Source: an uncultured Candidatus Saccharibacteria bacterium
GTDB lineage: Bacteria; Patescibacteriota; Minisyncoccia; Phycocordibacterales; UBA2100
DNA length: 64,000 nucleotides
Assembly: GCA_964434285.1 (NCBI GenBank)
Contig: CAYSUJ010000001.1
Coordinates: 240,564 to 304,563 of the forward strand
Direction of reading: 5' to 3'
The stretch's first letter is position 1; each line of letters starts with the position of its first letter. The notes below the pieces were generated by a model. It had not been told where the DNA came from, ran no database searches, and was given only the letters and a program-made list of their open reading frames with translations. This document shows positions 19,125 through 29,392 of this stretch, in pieces. A program made the position numbers and the translations under genes.

Positions 19125-19799
19125 ATGAAAGTCCTCTTAGTTGAAGACGAAGCCCGGCTTGCAGATGCGCTTTCGCGCGGCCTCACGCACAAAGGCTATA
19201 CCGTCGACGTCATCGATGATGGCGAGAAGGCGCTCACCCGTATCCTCCTCCATCGTAACGACTATAACGTCATCATCCTTGATCTCATGCTCCCCGGGAA
19301 GGACGGACTCGAAGTATGCGCGACTGCCCGCGCCGAGGGCGTTACGACTCCGATTCTCATACTCACCGCTCGTGGCGAAACCGACCGCAAGGTCGAGCTC
19401 CTCCTCGCAGGCGCCGATGATTACCTCGTCAAACCCTTCTCGTTCGATGAGCTCGCGGCGCGCCTGCACGCGCTACTCAGGCGCCCGACAGAGACCGTGC
19501 CCGACATTCTAAAAGTCGGCACTATCGAATTGAATCCCGTCGAACGACGCGTCACGCGCGACGGCAAAGAGCTCAATCTGACGCTGAAGGAATTCAATAT
19601 TCTGGAATACTTCATGCACCGCCCGAACCAGGTCGTGAATCGGGAAGATTTATTATCTAATCTATGGGATTTTAACTATGCGTCCTTCTCCAACGTGGTG
19701 GACGTCCATGTCAAAAACCTTCGCAGAAAACTCGATGACGAAGAACATAGTGAACTTTTGGAAACGGTTCGGGGCATTGGGTACCGACTTCGCGTCTAA
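19125..19799 (+). CDS. OmpR/PhoB-family response regulator
   Basis: LLVEDE, LDLMLPG, GADDYLVKPF, VVDVHVKNLRRKL, ETVRGIGY. Confidence 0.96.
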   Translation: MKVLLVEDEARLADALSRGLTHKGYTVDVIDDGEKALTRILLHRNDYNVIILDLMLPGKDGLEVCATARAEGVTTPILILTARGETDRKVELLLAGADDYLVKPFSFDELAARLHALLRRPTETVPDILKVGTIELNPVERRVTRDGKELNLTLKEFNILEYFMHRPNQVVNREDLLSNLWDFNYASFSNVVDVHVKNLRRKLDDEEHSELLETVRGIGYRLRV

Positions 19800-20868
19800 A
19801 TACCAAAACAATCCGTTTTTCCGGACTGAAACACGCATCGTTGCTTTTCACGTCCTCTTTGCTGCGTTTATTGTTTCCGCACTTGTTGCCTCATACATCA
19901 ACACCTCGTATTTCATCGGCACAACGCCCACGATGAGTACCACAACCGACCCTAATGCGGTTGTCACGACGCTCATCGCGGCAAGTTTTGAACAACTCGA
20001 GTATCGCCGCATTCGCAATCTGACGCTTGTCATTTCCGCAATCGTCCTCGCAACACTCATCGCGAGCTACGTCCTCGCGCAAATATCACTCAAACCCGCC
20101 CGCGAGGCGCTCGCGCAACAAAAAATCTTTGTCAGCAATATTGCGCACGAACTCCGAACCCCGCTCTCTACCATACAAACCAACACCGAGGTGGCACTGT
20201 TCGACACCTCGCTCAATCCTGCGCTGCGCGAAACGCTCGAAAACAACGTTCGCGATCTCAAACGCATCTCGGAAATCATCAACAATTTGCTTTCACTCGA
20301 CGTCTCACTTCAGCGAGAACGCATTCCCTTTGGAAAGATCGATCTCGCGCTCATCGTGCACACCGCACTCGAAAGGCTTAACTCCCTCTCGGTCACCAAA
20401 CAAGTCCGCCTCAACGCCCCCGCGCGCGGCAATTTCATCGTGTGGGGTAACGGAAACGCACTTGAGCAAATCGTGACGAACATTCTCAAAAATGCACTCA
20501 CGCACACCCCGTCCGGCGGGCGCGTCACTATCCGGCTCGGGCGCGCGGAGCCCGCCATGGTCGAGCTCTGCATTGAGGACACCGGCGCTGGCATCGCGCC
20601 AGCCGATCTTGCGCACATATTCGAACCGTTTTTTCGTTCAGATCGTTCGCGCAGCCGCGCACGCGGTGAAGCGGGCCTCGGTCTCACGATTGTCCACGAA
20701 CTCGTCAAATTGCACCGCGGCTCGATCCGTGTGCACAGTGTCCTCAAGCAAGGAACAACCGTGCTGGTGCGCATACCAACAGGGGCACCACAGAGTGATC
20801 ACACATATCCCACGTCACCGCTCTCAAACGAAATTACGGTTGATTATTCCGAAGAGCGTGGCGTATAA
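19735..20868 (+). CDS. Sensor histidine kinase
   Basis: Two TMs, AHELRTPL H-box, N-box, DTGAGI, GLGL; start uncertain. Confidence 0.92.
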   Translation: MTKNIVNFWKRFGALGTDFASKYQNNPFFRTETRIVAFHVLFAAFIVSALVASYINTSYFIGTTPTMSTTTDPNAVVTTLIAASFEQLEYRRIRNLTLVISAIVLATLIASYVLAQISLKPAREALAQQKIFVSNIAHELRTPLSTIQTNTEVALFDTSLNPALRETLENNVRDLKRISEIINNLLSLDVSLQRERIPFGKIDLALIVHTALERLNSLSVTKQVRLNAPARGNFIVWGNGNALEQIVTNILKNALTHTPSGGRVTIRLGRAEPAMVELCIEDTGAGIAPADLAHIFEPFFRSDRSRSRARGEAGLGLTIVHELVKLHRGSIRVHSVLKQGTTVLVRIPTGAPQSDHTYPTSPLSNEITVDYSEERGV

Positions 20869-21305
20869 GCCACCTTCACGTTCAGTTCACCACTCATTTT
20901 TTACACTCTCCTCAGACTGCTCTTGGGGCCCACGAACCGCAGGGCTTTACGCGCTTTCTCCCGGAAGAAAGTTGTCCTGCGGCATTCGTGGCTACATGGT
21001 CGAGGAGTGAGTAGATTTCAACGTAATAGCTATGGCATGTGAATACACGATACACAACGCAACAATCGAACGCTCGACCGCCGGATGAAATCGGCGATGA
21101 AGAGTTAAACGTTCGAGCCGGGGAGGTGGCGTACCGAAGAGGGCGCTGCCTCCCCGGCGCGTTACGGGTGAGACTTCGCACAAAATCGCACACCAACGCG
21201 CAGCAGTCTCTGTTCAGTAAATGAATTCGTAAGTATGAATGTTTCAAATCGTCTCTAGTTCTGTGCACCGCAATGCAGTCTTTAGTAGTTCTTCAAGCAT
21301 AATAT

Positions 21306-22652
21306 ATGTCTGCTCCCACCTCTCTCAATGCACCATCATTAGTGAAAGAAACACACTCTACAAAGCCGTCGAAACACGAAACTGTTGTGGTTATAGGTGT
21401 CGGCTATGTGGGTCTTCCACTCACCCTTCGCGCGGCGGCTCACGGATATCGCGCCATTGGGTTCGACATCGATAAGAAAAAAATTGCCGAGCTCAAGAAA
21501 GGAAACGCTCTCTATATTTCCGACGACGAACAAGCGCTGCTGCACGATCTCTCTAACATCTATTTCACGCACAGCGATGCCGACATTTGGCACGCAACGA
21601 ATTACATCATCTGCGTTCCCACACCCGTCCATCACAGCCATGCGCCCGATCTCGAGCCACTGAAAAGCGCTGCGCGCATCGTCGGCAAACACATGGCGAG
21701 GGGTGCGCTCGTCGTCGTTGAGTCAACGGTGAATCCCGGGGTGTGCGAAGAGGTTGTACTCCCTATTCTCGAGCGCGAGTCGAGCCTTCGCGGCGAAGAA
21801 GATTTCTTTTTCGCGCATTGCCCCGAGCGCATTAACCCGGGCGACGATGCGTGGCACGTAGGCTCGATTCCCCGAGTCATTGGCGCACTCGGCCCCACTT
21901 CGCTCGCCCGTGCGCACGCACTCTACGATGCGATGCTGGACGCCCCGCTGCACGACATGCAATCAATCAAAGAGGCGGAGGCGGTGAAGATGGTCGAGAA
22001 TACGTTTCGCGACGTCAACATCGCATTTGTGAACGAGCTCGCGATGTCGTTCGATCGCGCAGGCATCGATCTCACGAGCGTCATTCGCGGAGCGTCCACC
22101 AAACCCTTCGCCTTCATGCAGCACATGCCGGGCTGTGGCGTGGGCGGTCACTGCATCCCCGTTGACCCGTACTACCTCATTCGCTACGGCGAGGGCAATG
22201 GTTTCGAGCACGCCTTCTTGAAAACCGCCCGTCGTATCAACGAGGCAATGCCCCGCTACACTGTGCGCCGACTTGCTGGTGCACTGGCAGAAAAAAACAA
22301 GACGCTCAAAGGATCGACGATCGCGCTTTTGGGCCTCGCGTATAAAAAAGACATCCCCGACGTGCGCGAGAGCCCCGCGCTCGCGATCATGCACACGCTC
22401 AAGAACAAGGGGGCGCACGTTCAGTCATTTGATCCGCACGTTCCCCAGCACTCAAGCGTCGGCAGTTTTGAAGACGCGCTCCACGGAGCAGACGCAGTGC
22501 TCATCGCAACCAATCACTCAGCGTTCTGTGAGCGCACGCCCGAGGAATTCGCACGTGCAGGGACGACGATTGTCGTCGACGGTCGCAACTGCCTTGATCA
22601 GAAAGCCTTCACGGCGGCGGGAATCACCTATCGCGGTATCGGACGCTCATAA
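21306..22652 (+). CDS. Nucleotide-sugar 6-dehydrogenase (UDP-Glc/GDP-Man/UDP-HexNAc family)
   Basis: GVGYVGLP, CVPTP, ESTVNPG, PERINPG, GVGGHCIPVDP, DVRESP. Confidence 0.93.
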   Translation: MSAPTSLNAPSLVKETHSTKPSKHETVVVIGVGYVGLPLTLRAAAHGYRAIGFDIDKKKIAELKKGNALYISDDEQALLHDLSNIYFTHSDADIWHATNYIICVPTPVHHSHAPDLEPLKSAARIVGKHMARGALVVVESTVNPGVCEEVVLPILERESSLRGEEDFFFAHCPERINPGDDAWHVGSIPRVIGALGPTSLARAHALYDAMLDAPLHDMQSIKEAEAVKMVENTFRDVNIAFVNELAMSFDRAGIDLTSVIRGASTKPFAFMQHMPGCGVGGHCIPVDPYYLIRYGEGNGFEHAFLKTARRINEAMPRYTVRRLAGALAEKNKTLKGSTIALLGLAYKKDIPDVRESPALAIMHTLKNKGAHVQSFDPHVPQHSSVGSFEDALHGADAVLIATNHSAFCERTPEEFARAGTTIVVDGRNCLDQKAFTAAGITYRGIGRS

Positions 22653-22657
22653 TATGT

Positions 22658-24103
22658 ATGAAGACTCACGCACACATCCGCACAGCACACACCACACCCT
22701 CCATCGTGCGGATGGGTGCAGAGATCTATTCACGCCCTGTTGAGCGCGCGCGCAAAGAAACACCGCAACAACACGAGGAGCGGGCGCATGATCGGCGCAT
22801 ATGGTATGAGGTCGTACTCTTCGCGATCGCGCTCTCGATCCTCGTCTGCATCACCCTTTTAAAGGCGGAAACCGCCGCAGCTTCAGACGTCGATGGCATT
22901 CTATTGTTTTATACATTCTTTGTGACGCTGTTCCAGCTCTCGCGCCTGATGGCATCCCTCATGTACACATCGTCATACTCAAGCGTCCTGCACCCGAGAG
23001 AAGCGCAGGCTGCATATCAACCCAAAATCTCGTTTGTGATCCCGTGCATGAATGAAGAAAAGGAGATCCAGACGACGATCAGGGCATGCTTTGACGCGCA
23101 CTACCCCCGACACCTCCTCGAGGTCATCGTCATTAACGACGGTTCAACGGACGGCACGGGAGAGAAGATTCGCGAGATCAGGAGGGAGTATCCCGAATTA
23201 GTTGTCGTCGATTGGACCGAGAATCGTGGTAAACGCCACGGTATGGCAGAAGGATTTCGCAGAGCTACCGGTGAGTTAGTGATCCAGCTCGACAGCGACA
23301 GCCGCATTGAACCTCGCGACGTCGCCTATCTCGTCGAGCCGTTCCGGAATCCTCGCGTCGGCGCGGTCAGCTTCCACACTGATCCCGCGAACGCGGATGA
23401 AAATATTCTCACGAAGATGCAGGCAGCGTACTATTTCCTTTCGTTTCGCATCCTCAAAGCCGCCGAATCAACATTTCGCATTGTGTTTTGCTGCAGCGGC
23501 TGCGCCTCGGCCTACCGCCGCGACATTGTGCTCCCGATTCTCGACAACTGGCTCATTGAGAAATTCTTAGGCCTTCCTGTCACCTGGGGCGACGATCGCT
23601 CGCTCACCAATCGGGTGATCGCACAAGGCTACGACACGCTCTACAGTGATCGCGCGCGCGCCTACACCATCGTGCCGAACACGCTCCGTCAATTTATTAA
23701 GCAGCAGATACGCTGGAAGAAAGGCTGGTTTGTAAATTCCCTATTTGCATCACGCTTCATCATTCGTCGTGATCCTTTTGTTGCGTTCACCTACTTCTTC
23801 CCGCTCATGGTCGTGACCATCTTTACGCCGTTCATGGCAGCACGCGCGTTCATCTACACGCCCATTGTCTACGGCTTCTCGAGCACCCTCTATTACATTC
23901 TCGGCGTCCTCGCCATCGCCGGTCTCTTTCTTGTGTTTTACCGCTTCTTCTCTAAAGACAACCCCTACTATCGCTACGTGTTCGTGTGGGCGGTCCTCAA
24001 CATGCTCGTTCTCTCGTATATGCTTTTCGTCGCGCTCGCAACCATCCAGAACCGCGGGTGGGGTACTCGCGGAATCGCTGCTGCGAAGAAGAGCGCTGTA
24101 TGA
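22658..24103 (+). CDS. Processive GT2 polysaccharide synthase (hyaluronan synthase/NodC/IcaA-like)
   Basis: NDGSTD, QLDSDS, CCSG, GDDRSLTN, QQIRW; multiple TM helices. Confidence 0.88.
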   Translation: MKTHAHIRTAHTTPSIVRMGAEIYSRPVERARKETPQQHEERAHDRRIWYEVVLFAIALSILVCITLLKAETAAASDVDGILLFYTFFVTLFQLSRLMASLMYTSSYSSVLHPREAQAAYQPKISFVIPCMNEEKEIQTTIRACFDAHYPRHLLEVIVINDGSTDGTGEKIREIRREYPELVVVDWTENRGKRHGMAEGFRRATGELVIQLDSDSRIEPRDVAYLVEPFRNPRVGAVSFHTDPANADENILTKMQAAYYFLSFRILKAAESTFRIVFCCSGCASAYRRDIVLPILDNWLIEKFLGLPVTWGDDRSLTNRVIAQGYDTLYSDRARAYTIVPNTLRQFIKQQIRWKKGWFVNSLFASRFIIRRDPFVAFTYFFPLMVVTIFTPFMAARAFIYTPIVYGFSSTLYYILGVLAIAGLFLVFYRFFSKDNPYYRYVFVWAVLNMLVLSYMLFVALATIQNRGWGTRGIAAAKKSAV

Positions 24104-24106
24104 CAT

Positions 24107-25672
24107 ATGAAACTACACACTTTTTCACTGTCACATCACCGACTTGCACTCGTCCTATCAACGGTCGTGCTCGCGATTTTCATAGGAGGTGGCGCTTGGT
24201 ACGCGGAGCAAGAGCCTGCGCTTTCACTGCGCGGCTTGCGGGCGCTTTTCGAACGCCCACTCTATGCACTCGAATTTGCGACGCTTGATACTCGCGCTTC
24301 GACAGGTAGCGCACGGGCGATTCCCGTCCTCACCTACCATCGTATCGTTTCTGACGGGAGCGACGTAGCGAACACCACGCGCTCACGATTTAAGGACCAG
24401 ATGGCTGCACTTAAGCGCGCCGGATGGGAAACCGTGACGCTCGAAGAGTTTGAATCATTCATGCGCGGAGAGCGCACGCTTCCCGATAAATCGTTCTTAC
24501 TGACATTTGACGATGCGGCGAAAGACAGCTTCTACCCCGTCGATCCGATTCTCGAGGCACTCGGGTATGAAGCGGTCAATTTTGTCATTGTCGAATCCTC
24601 AAACATTCCGCGTACCGTGTACTATCTCAATCCGAAGGAAATCAAGCGCATGATCGAGAGCGGCAGATGGTCGATCGGCTCTCACTCATACGACGGTCAC
24701 CGGCCCTATCCCGTGGACGCCTCGGGACAGACCGGCATATTCTTTGCAGACAGGCTCTTCCGAGAGAGCGAAGAGCGGCTTGAATCAAACACCGAATTTA
24801 GAGAGCGCGTCCATGCAGACCTCGTGCTCGCGAAAGAGGAACTTGAGAAAACCTATGGCGTCCCCATTAATAGCTTTGCATTCCCCCTCGGCAACGAGAC
24901 CGGCATCAACGGCGCAAACAACTTTCCTGAAGGGTCAGCCATAACAGAAGAGGAAGCGAAATCAGTGTACGAATTCGGGTACCTGCAATTAGCAAGCCAA
25001 CACTTCACGACGAATCTGCCGCGTGTAAACGCTTCTAGCACGCCACCTATGCCGAGTGATTTTCTCGTCTACCGCATACACGTGGATTACGACTGGGACG
25101 GTGCGCGCGTTTTAGAGATTCTCGAAAACGGCCGCGCAAAGGAAATCCCGTTCAACGACGACTTTTCAGAAAACAGAGGCTGGATCAACACCTGGGGATC
25201 GATCGATCTGGGGCGAAACAATTTTGTCCTTCGCGCGACGGAGGACGGCACGAGCGCCTCAGCCTTTCTCGATGGCACCTCGCTGTGGGACGATTATATT
25301 TTCGACCTCTCGGCAGAATGGAACCAAGGACATTTGATCGTCCTTGCTGACGTCACAGAAGGCAGCACATACAACGCGTGCGTCTTCTCTCCGGGCGTCG
25401 TGCACATTCAATCAACAGTCCGTGGCGTTACAGAGACGCTTGCCGAAGTGCGCGACCCCTCAATCGGCTACGGTGAAAACGTCCGCGCGGGCGTGCGCGT
25501 TCATGGGGCCGTTATCGAATGTGCGTGGGATTTCAACTCAATAGCTGAAGCCTATTCTCGGCCATTCTCAGGCGGCATCGGCATACAAACATGGGACGAA
25601 AATGAAGGCGCGGCCGAACTGCGCGTCTCAGAAGTCATCGTCCGACCGTATGCCACCTCAACCAACAATTAA
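24107..25672 (+). CDS. CE4 polysaccharide deacetylase (PgaB/IcaB-like) with C-terminal beta-sandwich domain
   Basis: IPVLTYHRI, LTFDD, GSHSYDGH, FAFPLG. Confidence 0.87.
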   Translation: MKLHTFSLSHHRLALVLSTVVLAIFIGGGAWYAEQEPALSLRGLRALFERPLYALEFATLDTRASTGSARAIPVLTYHRIVSDGSDVANTTRSRFKDQMAALKRAGWETVTLEEFESFMRGERTLPDKSFLLTFDDAAKDSFYPVDPILEALGYEAVNFVIVESSNIPRTVYYLNPKEIKRMIESGRWSIGSHSYDGHRPYPVDASGQTGIFFADRLFRESEERLESNTEFRERVHADLVLAKEELEKTYGVPINSFAFPLGNETGINGANNFPEGSAITEEEAKSVYEFGYLQLASQHFTTNLPRVNASSTPPMPSDFLVYRIHVDYDWDGARVLEILENGRAKEIPFNDDFSENRGWINTWGSIDLGRNNFVLRATEDGTSASAFLDGTSLWDDYIFDLSAEWNQGHLIVLADVTEGSTYNACVFSPGVVHIQSTVRGVTETLAEVRDPSIGYGENVRAGVRVHGAVIECAWDFNSIAEAYSRPFSGGIGIQTWDENEGAAELRVSEVIVRPYATSTNN

Positions 25673-25741
25673 CAGCGAGCGCGGTCATGAAAGAAATCTC
25701 TCGCGATCATTCCGCACGCAATCCTCAAACCCCACGCGAGC

Positions 25742-25853
25742 CGGTGACGTGGCACACGCCTCTCGAGGGTCTTTCGCAGCGCGTCGGCGCGAGAAGGAGC
25801 AAATTTTCAGCAGAAAATTATGCGACCCCCGAGAGGCGTGTGCCACGTCACCG
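25742..25853 (+). repeat. Structured intergenic element A
   Basis: 24-bp perfect outer stem enclosing GGGTCTTTCGCAG-CGCGTCGGCGCGAGAAGG-AATTTTC(AGCA)GAAAATT-GACCC. Confidence 0.88.
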
Positions 25854-26030
25854 CGAGCCCCCTTCTTCATGAAAAAATAGTTAAGCCATGATCTTCATCA
25901 AAAATACATTGACCAGAAATGGAGTACCCGTAAGATTATCGATGTGTTATTCGTGTCTCGCAGTGTGGCGTTGTCGGAAACAACGAGCTCTTTGTTCCTC
26001 TCACCGATCGGGGTTCATACGCTTCTCATT

Positions 26031-26909
26031 ATGAAGCGCCTTTCTCTTCGCGATGTTTTCTCTTCGCATCTAAACGTCATTCTTATCTGCTCGCTCATCC
26101 TCGGCGCGACAGCATTTCTTGTTCCCCCACCACCTCAACGCACACCAAATGTTGCCGCTGTCGTGACTGCATCGAGCCCCTTTCAATACCACTTCGACAC
26201 GAACGACGTGCTTCACGAGTCCAGTGACTACGACCAAAGCACGAGCCCCTATTGGTGGCTCAATTCTGGCGCGCAATTACGTCTCAAAAACGGCGTTGGA
26301 TCGACCGTGCAAGGAAACCTTCCGTCGGTGGATCGTTGGCGCCTCATGTACGCCGCATCGAATCCCGTCGACACCGATAACGGCTACCACCCCCAGAATA
26401 TTTTCCGTCTCGTCACGAAGGCAACGGGAGCGAGTATGCGTGTCGAATCGCTCTTTAAGATTCACGCTGACAACTGGAGCACCTCTCCTAACCGAAATTC
26501 GTCAAACGGGCTCCTGCTCATGAGCTCCTACGTCGATGGCAACTCTCTCTACTACGCAGGACTCCGCGTCGACGGTACGGCGGTTATCAAGAAAAAGTAC
26601 AAGGGCACCTACTACACCATCACGCAACCAAAGGTTTTCTCGGGCACGTACTCTCGTGAAGGCAAGGTCAATCTCATTCCTCATAACGAATGGCTCGGAC
26701 TACGGTCAGACACGAAGCGCAATGCCGATGGAAGCGTCTCCATCACGCTTTCAATGAAACGCGAAGGTTCAAACACGTGGACAAAAATTGCAGAGGGTCG
26801 CGATGATGGGCAATACGGCGGCACGCCGCCTATGAGCCAAGGACACGCAGGCATCCGCACCGATTTCATGGACGTGAGCTTCGAGTCGTTCCGCATGGAA
26901 GCGCTCTAG
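26031..26909 (+). CDS. Membrane-anchored beta-rich hypothetical protein (lectin/DUF1080-like fold suspected)
   Basis: N-terminal TM; beta-strand pattern ending GHAGIRTDFMDVSFESF. Confidence 0.65.
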   Translation: MKRLSLRDVFSSHLNVILICSLILGATAFLVPPPPQRTPNVAAVVTASSPFQYHFDTNDVLHESSDYDQSTSPYWWLNSGAQLRLKNGVGSTVQGNLPSVDRWRLMYAASNPVDTDNGYHPQNIFRLVTKATGASMRVESLFKIHADNWSTSPNRNSSNGLLLMSSYVDGNSLYYAGLRVDGTAVIKKKYKGTYYTITQPKVFSGTYSREGKVNLIPHNEWLGLRSDTKRNADGSVSITLSMKREGSNTWTKIAEGRDDGQYGGTPPMSQGHAGIRTDFMDVSFESFRMEAL

Positions 26910-26915
26910 GTGGGG

Positions 26916-27020
26916 TCTCATCATAACATGTTTGACGGGGTCTTCGGAGCGCGTCGGCGCGAGACTGAGGGAAATTTCAGCAGAAATTTACCCGACCCCG
27001 GAGAACATGTTGTGATGAGA
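26916..27020 (+). repeat. Structured intergenic element B
   Basis: 17-bp outer stem (one G-T pair) of unrelated sequence around the same core as element A. Confidence 0.87.
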
Positions 27021-27135
27021 TACTCCTTCATCCTCACTTCAGGGCACATCGCGTACAGTGAACATGTTCCGGCAAGTGCGGGACTGGTCGAAAAGCGCGC
27101 TTATGCGCCCATTACCAGCCGTAACAACACCTCGT

Positions 27136-27258
27136 ATGGAACACACTACTGATACCATCACGTGTGACAAGTGCGGCGCAAAGTTCGATGCGCGCAGTGA
27201 GTACGAAACTCACTATCAAGACGTCCACAAGACCTCCGCACCAAAGTCGCGTGAGTAA
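27136..27258 (+). CDS. 40-aa single C2H2 zinc-finger microprotein
   Basis: CDKC-GAKFDARSEYET-H-YQDV-H = C-x2-C-x12-H-x4-H with the conserved Phe; 13-bp hairpin follows at 27268-27298. Confidence 0.68.
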   Translation: MEHTTDTITCDKCGAKFDARSEYETHYQDVHKTSAPKSRE

Positions 27259-27391
27259 TACCCAGGAACGACATCGCCATTCCAGATGGCGATGTCGTAA
27301 GGGTGCATTCTATGCGATACTAGGGGTATGTCGCGACGACACACCCTGTATTTGAGTGCCAGCACCCGCACCGGCCCGCCAGCCTAATACA

Positions 27392-29392
27392 ATGTCACCC
27401 GCCACGATTCGGCATCTTGCGTACGTTGGTGGTGTTGCACTATTCGCAGGAGTCTATTACGTCACCGCAAAATTTGGCCTGCGCGTGACAGAACTACACC
27501 CAAGCGTTACAACCATCTGGGCGCCAACCGGTATCTCATTTGTCGTACTGTTGCTCGCGGGCATCAGATACTGGCCAGGGGTTTTTATCGGAGCATTCGC
27601 CGCGAATCTCACTACCTTTGGCACGGTGATCACGTCATGGCTCATTGCATGCGGCAACACGCTCGAGGCCGTCGTCATCACCTACCTCGTCATAACATTT
27701 GCATTCGGCGTGCGCGTGTTTGATCGTCTCCAAACCGTCGGCACATTCATCGTGGCCGCGCTCGCGGGAGGTGCGATCAGCTCCTCAGTCGGCGTTGGCA
27801 GTCTTCTCATTTTCGATTTTGCAGATCCGCATCTCGCCACGACCATCTGGACAACATGGTTTTTAGGAAACCTCGGCGGTGCCATCGTGATCGCGCCCTT
27901 AGCTCTCGCTTGGTGGAACAACAACCGCATGACCTGGAGCAAAAGGCAGTTCCTTGAAATCGGCGCGGTGCTCTCCGGTGTCCTTCTCACAGCGTATGTG
28001 ATTTTCGGCCCCCCCAGTTTCCCCTTCGACTTTCTTGTCGCACCCGTTCTCGTGTGGGCCATCATGCGCTTCTCGATGCGCGAGGCAATGAGCGCCTTCG
28101 CGCTTCTCTCGGCATGCGCGGTTTTGGGAACCATGGTGGGAAACGGTCCGTTTGCCGCTCATCCGCCAGCGCTCTCGCTCCTCTATTTGCAAACCTTCTT
28201 CGTCGTTGTGGGCATGTGTATTCTTGCACTTTCAGCGACGGTCGCCGAACGTCGAAGCATTGAAACATCGCTCAAAAATGCTGACCGCGCCAAAGACCAG
28301 TTCCTCTCAATGCTCTCTCACGAGCTTCGAAATCCCTTAACGACCATCGTAAGCTACGCGCAGCTTCTCACCTACGGCAAGCGCACTGCCGACGAACGCC
28401 TCATGTTAGACAACATGCAGAAAGAAATCGAGCACATTACACACCTACTCGAAGACCTCCTCGATCTCTCGCGCATCCGTCGCGGCCGCATCGAGCTCAA
28501 GCGAGACCTCGTCAATGTTGAGAAAGTCGCTCGCGATGCGGGAGAGAGCGCTCATTCGATCATGCACGAACGCGGGCTCGCCTTTTCTGTCGAGAGCGAA
28601 TCATCACTCTATACGTGGGGCGACGCAACGCGCATTAAGCAAATGATCGTAAATCTGCTTACGAATTCCGCAAAATACACCGACGAAGGCTCGATCACGC
28701 TTTCTGCGCATGCGGAAAAAGAATCGATCGTCGTTCGTGTGAAGGATACGGGCATCGGCATTTCGCCCGCGCGTCTTCCGTTTTTGTTTGATGAATCCCG
28801 AGCGCACGGAGCGCTATCGAAACGCCACTCGCGCGCAGGCCTTGGCATTGGCCTCTCGCTCGTCAATCGCCTTGCCGCTCTCCACGGCGGCACACTGAGT
28901 GCGGAGAGCGAAGGCGAAGGCAAGGGCAGCGTCTTTACGATTCGATTACCGCGCGCTGCCGCAGTCTCGATAGCGCCCGCGGAAACACTCACCTTGCCCG
29001 ACATGGAGAAAGTACCCCCAGCGCGACCAGCTGCAATGCTCTCGATTTTCGTCGTCGACGACAATATACTCTCAGCCGACGCGCTCGCGCAGCTCCTCCA
29101 CACTTATGGCTATCCGACCGAAGCTCTCTACAGCGGTCGCGCACTCCTCAAACGTCTCACCATGCGAGTTCCTGATGTCATCCTGCTCGACATTGATCTC
29201 GGCGATATGAGCGGATACACGGTTGCGGAAAAAATGCACGCACTCCATCTCAACCCTCAACCAATTCTTATCGCACTTTCAGGGTACGGATCCGACGATG
29301 ATATCGAGCGATCACGCGGCGAGGGATTCGCGCACTATTTAGTCAAACCAGTCAACATCACGCACGTGCGAGAAATACTCGCTCGCCTCTAG
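27392..29392 (+). CDS. MASE1-domain hybrid histidine kinase with C-terminal receiver
   Basis: IWAPTGI and GNTLEAV MASE1 motifs, SHELRNPL, DTGIGI, GLGIGL, VVDDN...LLDIDL...LVKPV. Confidence 0.92.
   Translation: MSPATIRHLAYVGGVALFAGVYYVTAKFGLRVTELHPSVTTIWAPTGISFVVLLLAGIRYWPGVFIGAFAANLTTFGTVITSWLIACGNTLEAVVITYLVITFAFGVRVFDRLQTVGTFIVAALAGGAISSSVGVGSLLIFDFADPHLATTIWTTWFLGNLGGAIVIAPLALAWWNNNRMTWSKRQFLEIGAVLSGVLLTAYVIFGPPSFPFDFLVAPVLVWAIMRFSMREAMSAFALLSACAVLGTMVGNGPFAAHPPALSLLYLQTFFVVVGMCILALSATVAERRSIETSLKNADRAKDQFLSMLSHELRNPLTTIVSYAQLLTYGKRTADERLMLDNMQKEIEHITHLLEDLLDLSRIRRGRIELKRDLVNVEKVARDAGESAHSIMHERGLAFSVESESSLYTWGDATRIKQMIVNLLTNSAKYTDEGSITLSAHAEKESIVVRVKDTGIGISPARLPFLFDESRAHGALSKRHSRAGLGIGLSLVNRLAALHGGTLSAESEGEGKGSVFTIRLPRAAAVSIAPAETLTLPDMEKVPPARPAAMLSIFVVDDNILSADALAQLLHTYGYPTEALYSGRALLKRLTMRVPDVILLDIDLGDMSGYTVAEKMHALHLNPQPILIALSGYGSDDDIERSRGEGFAHYLVKPVNITHVREILARL

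Noticed and set aside
25685-25880. Short ORFs over the structured elements (also 26910-27152, 50504-50816 and 55727-56092)
   Set aside because: Their shared peptide words come from the DNA repeat; no consistent start, frame or stop between copies
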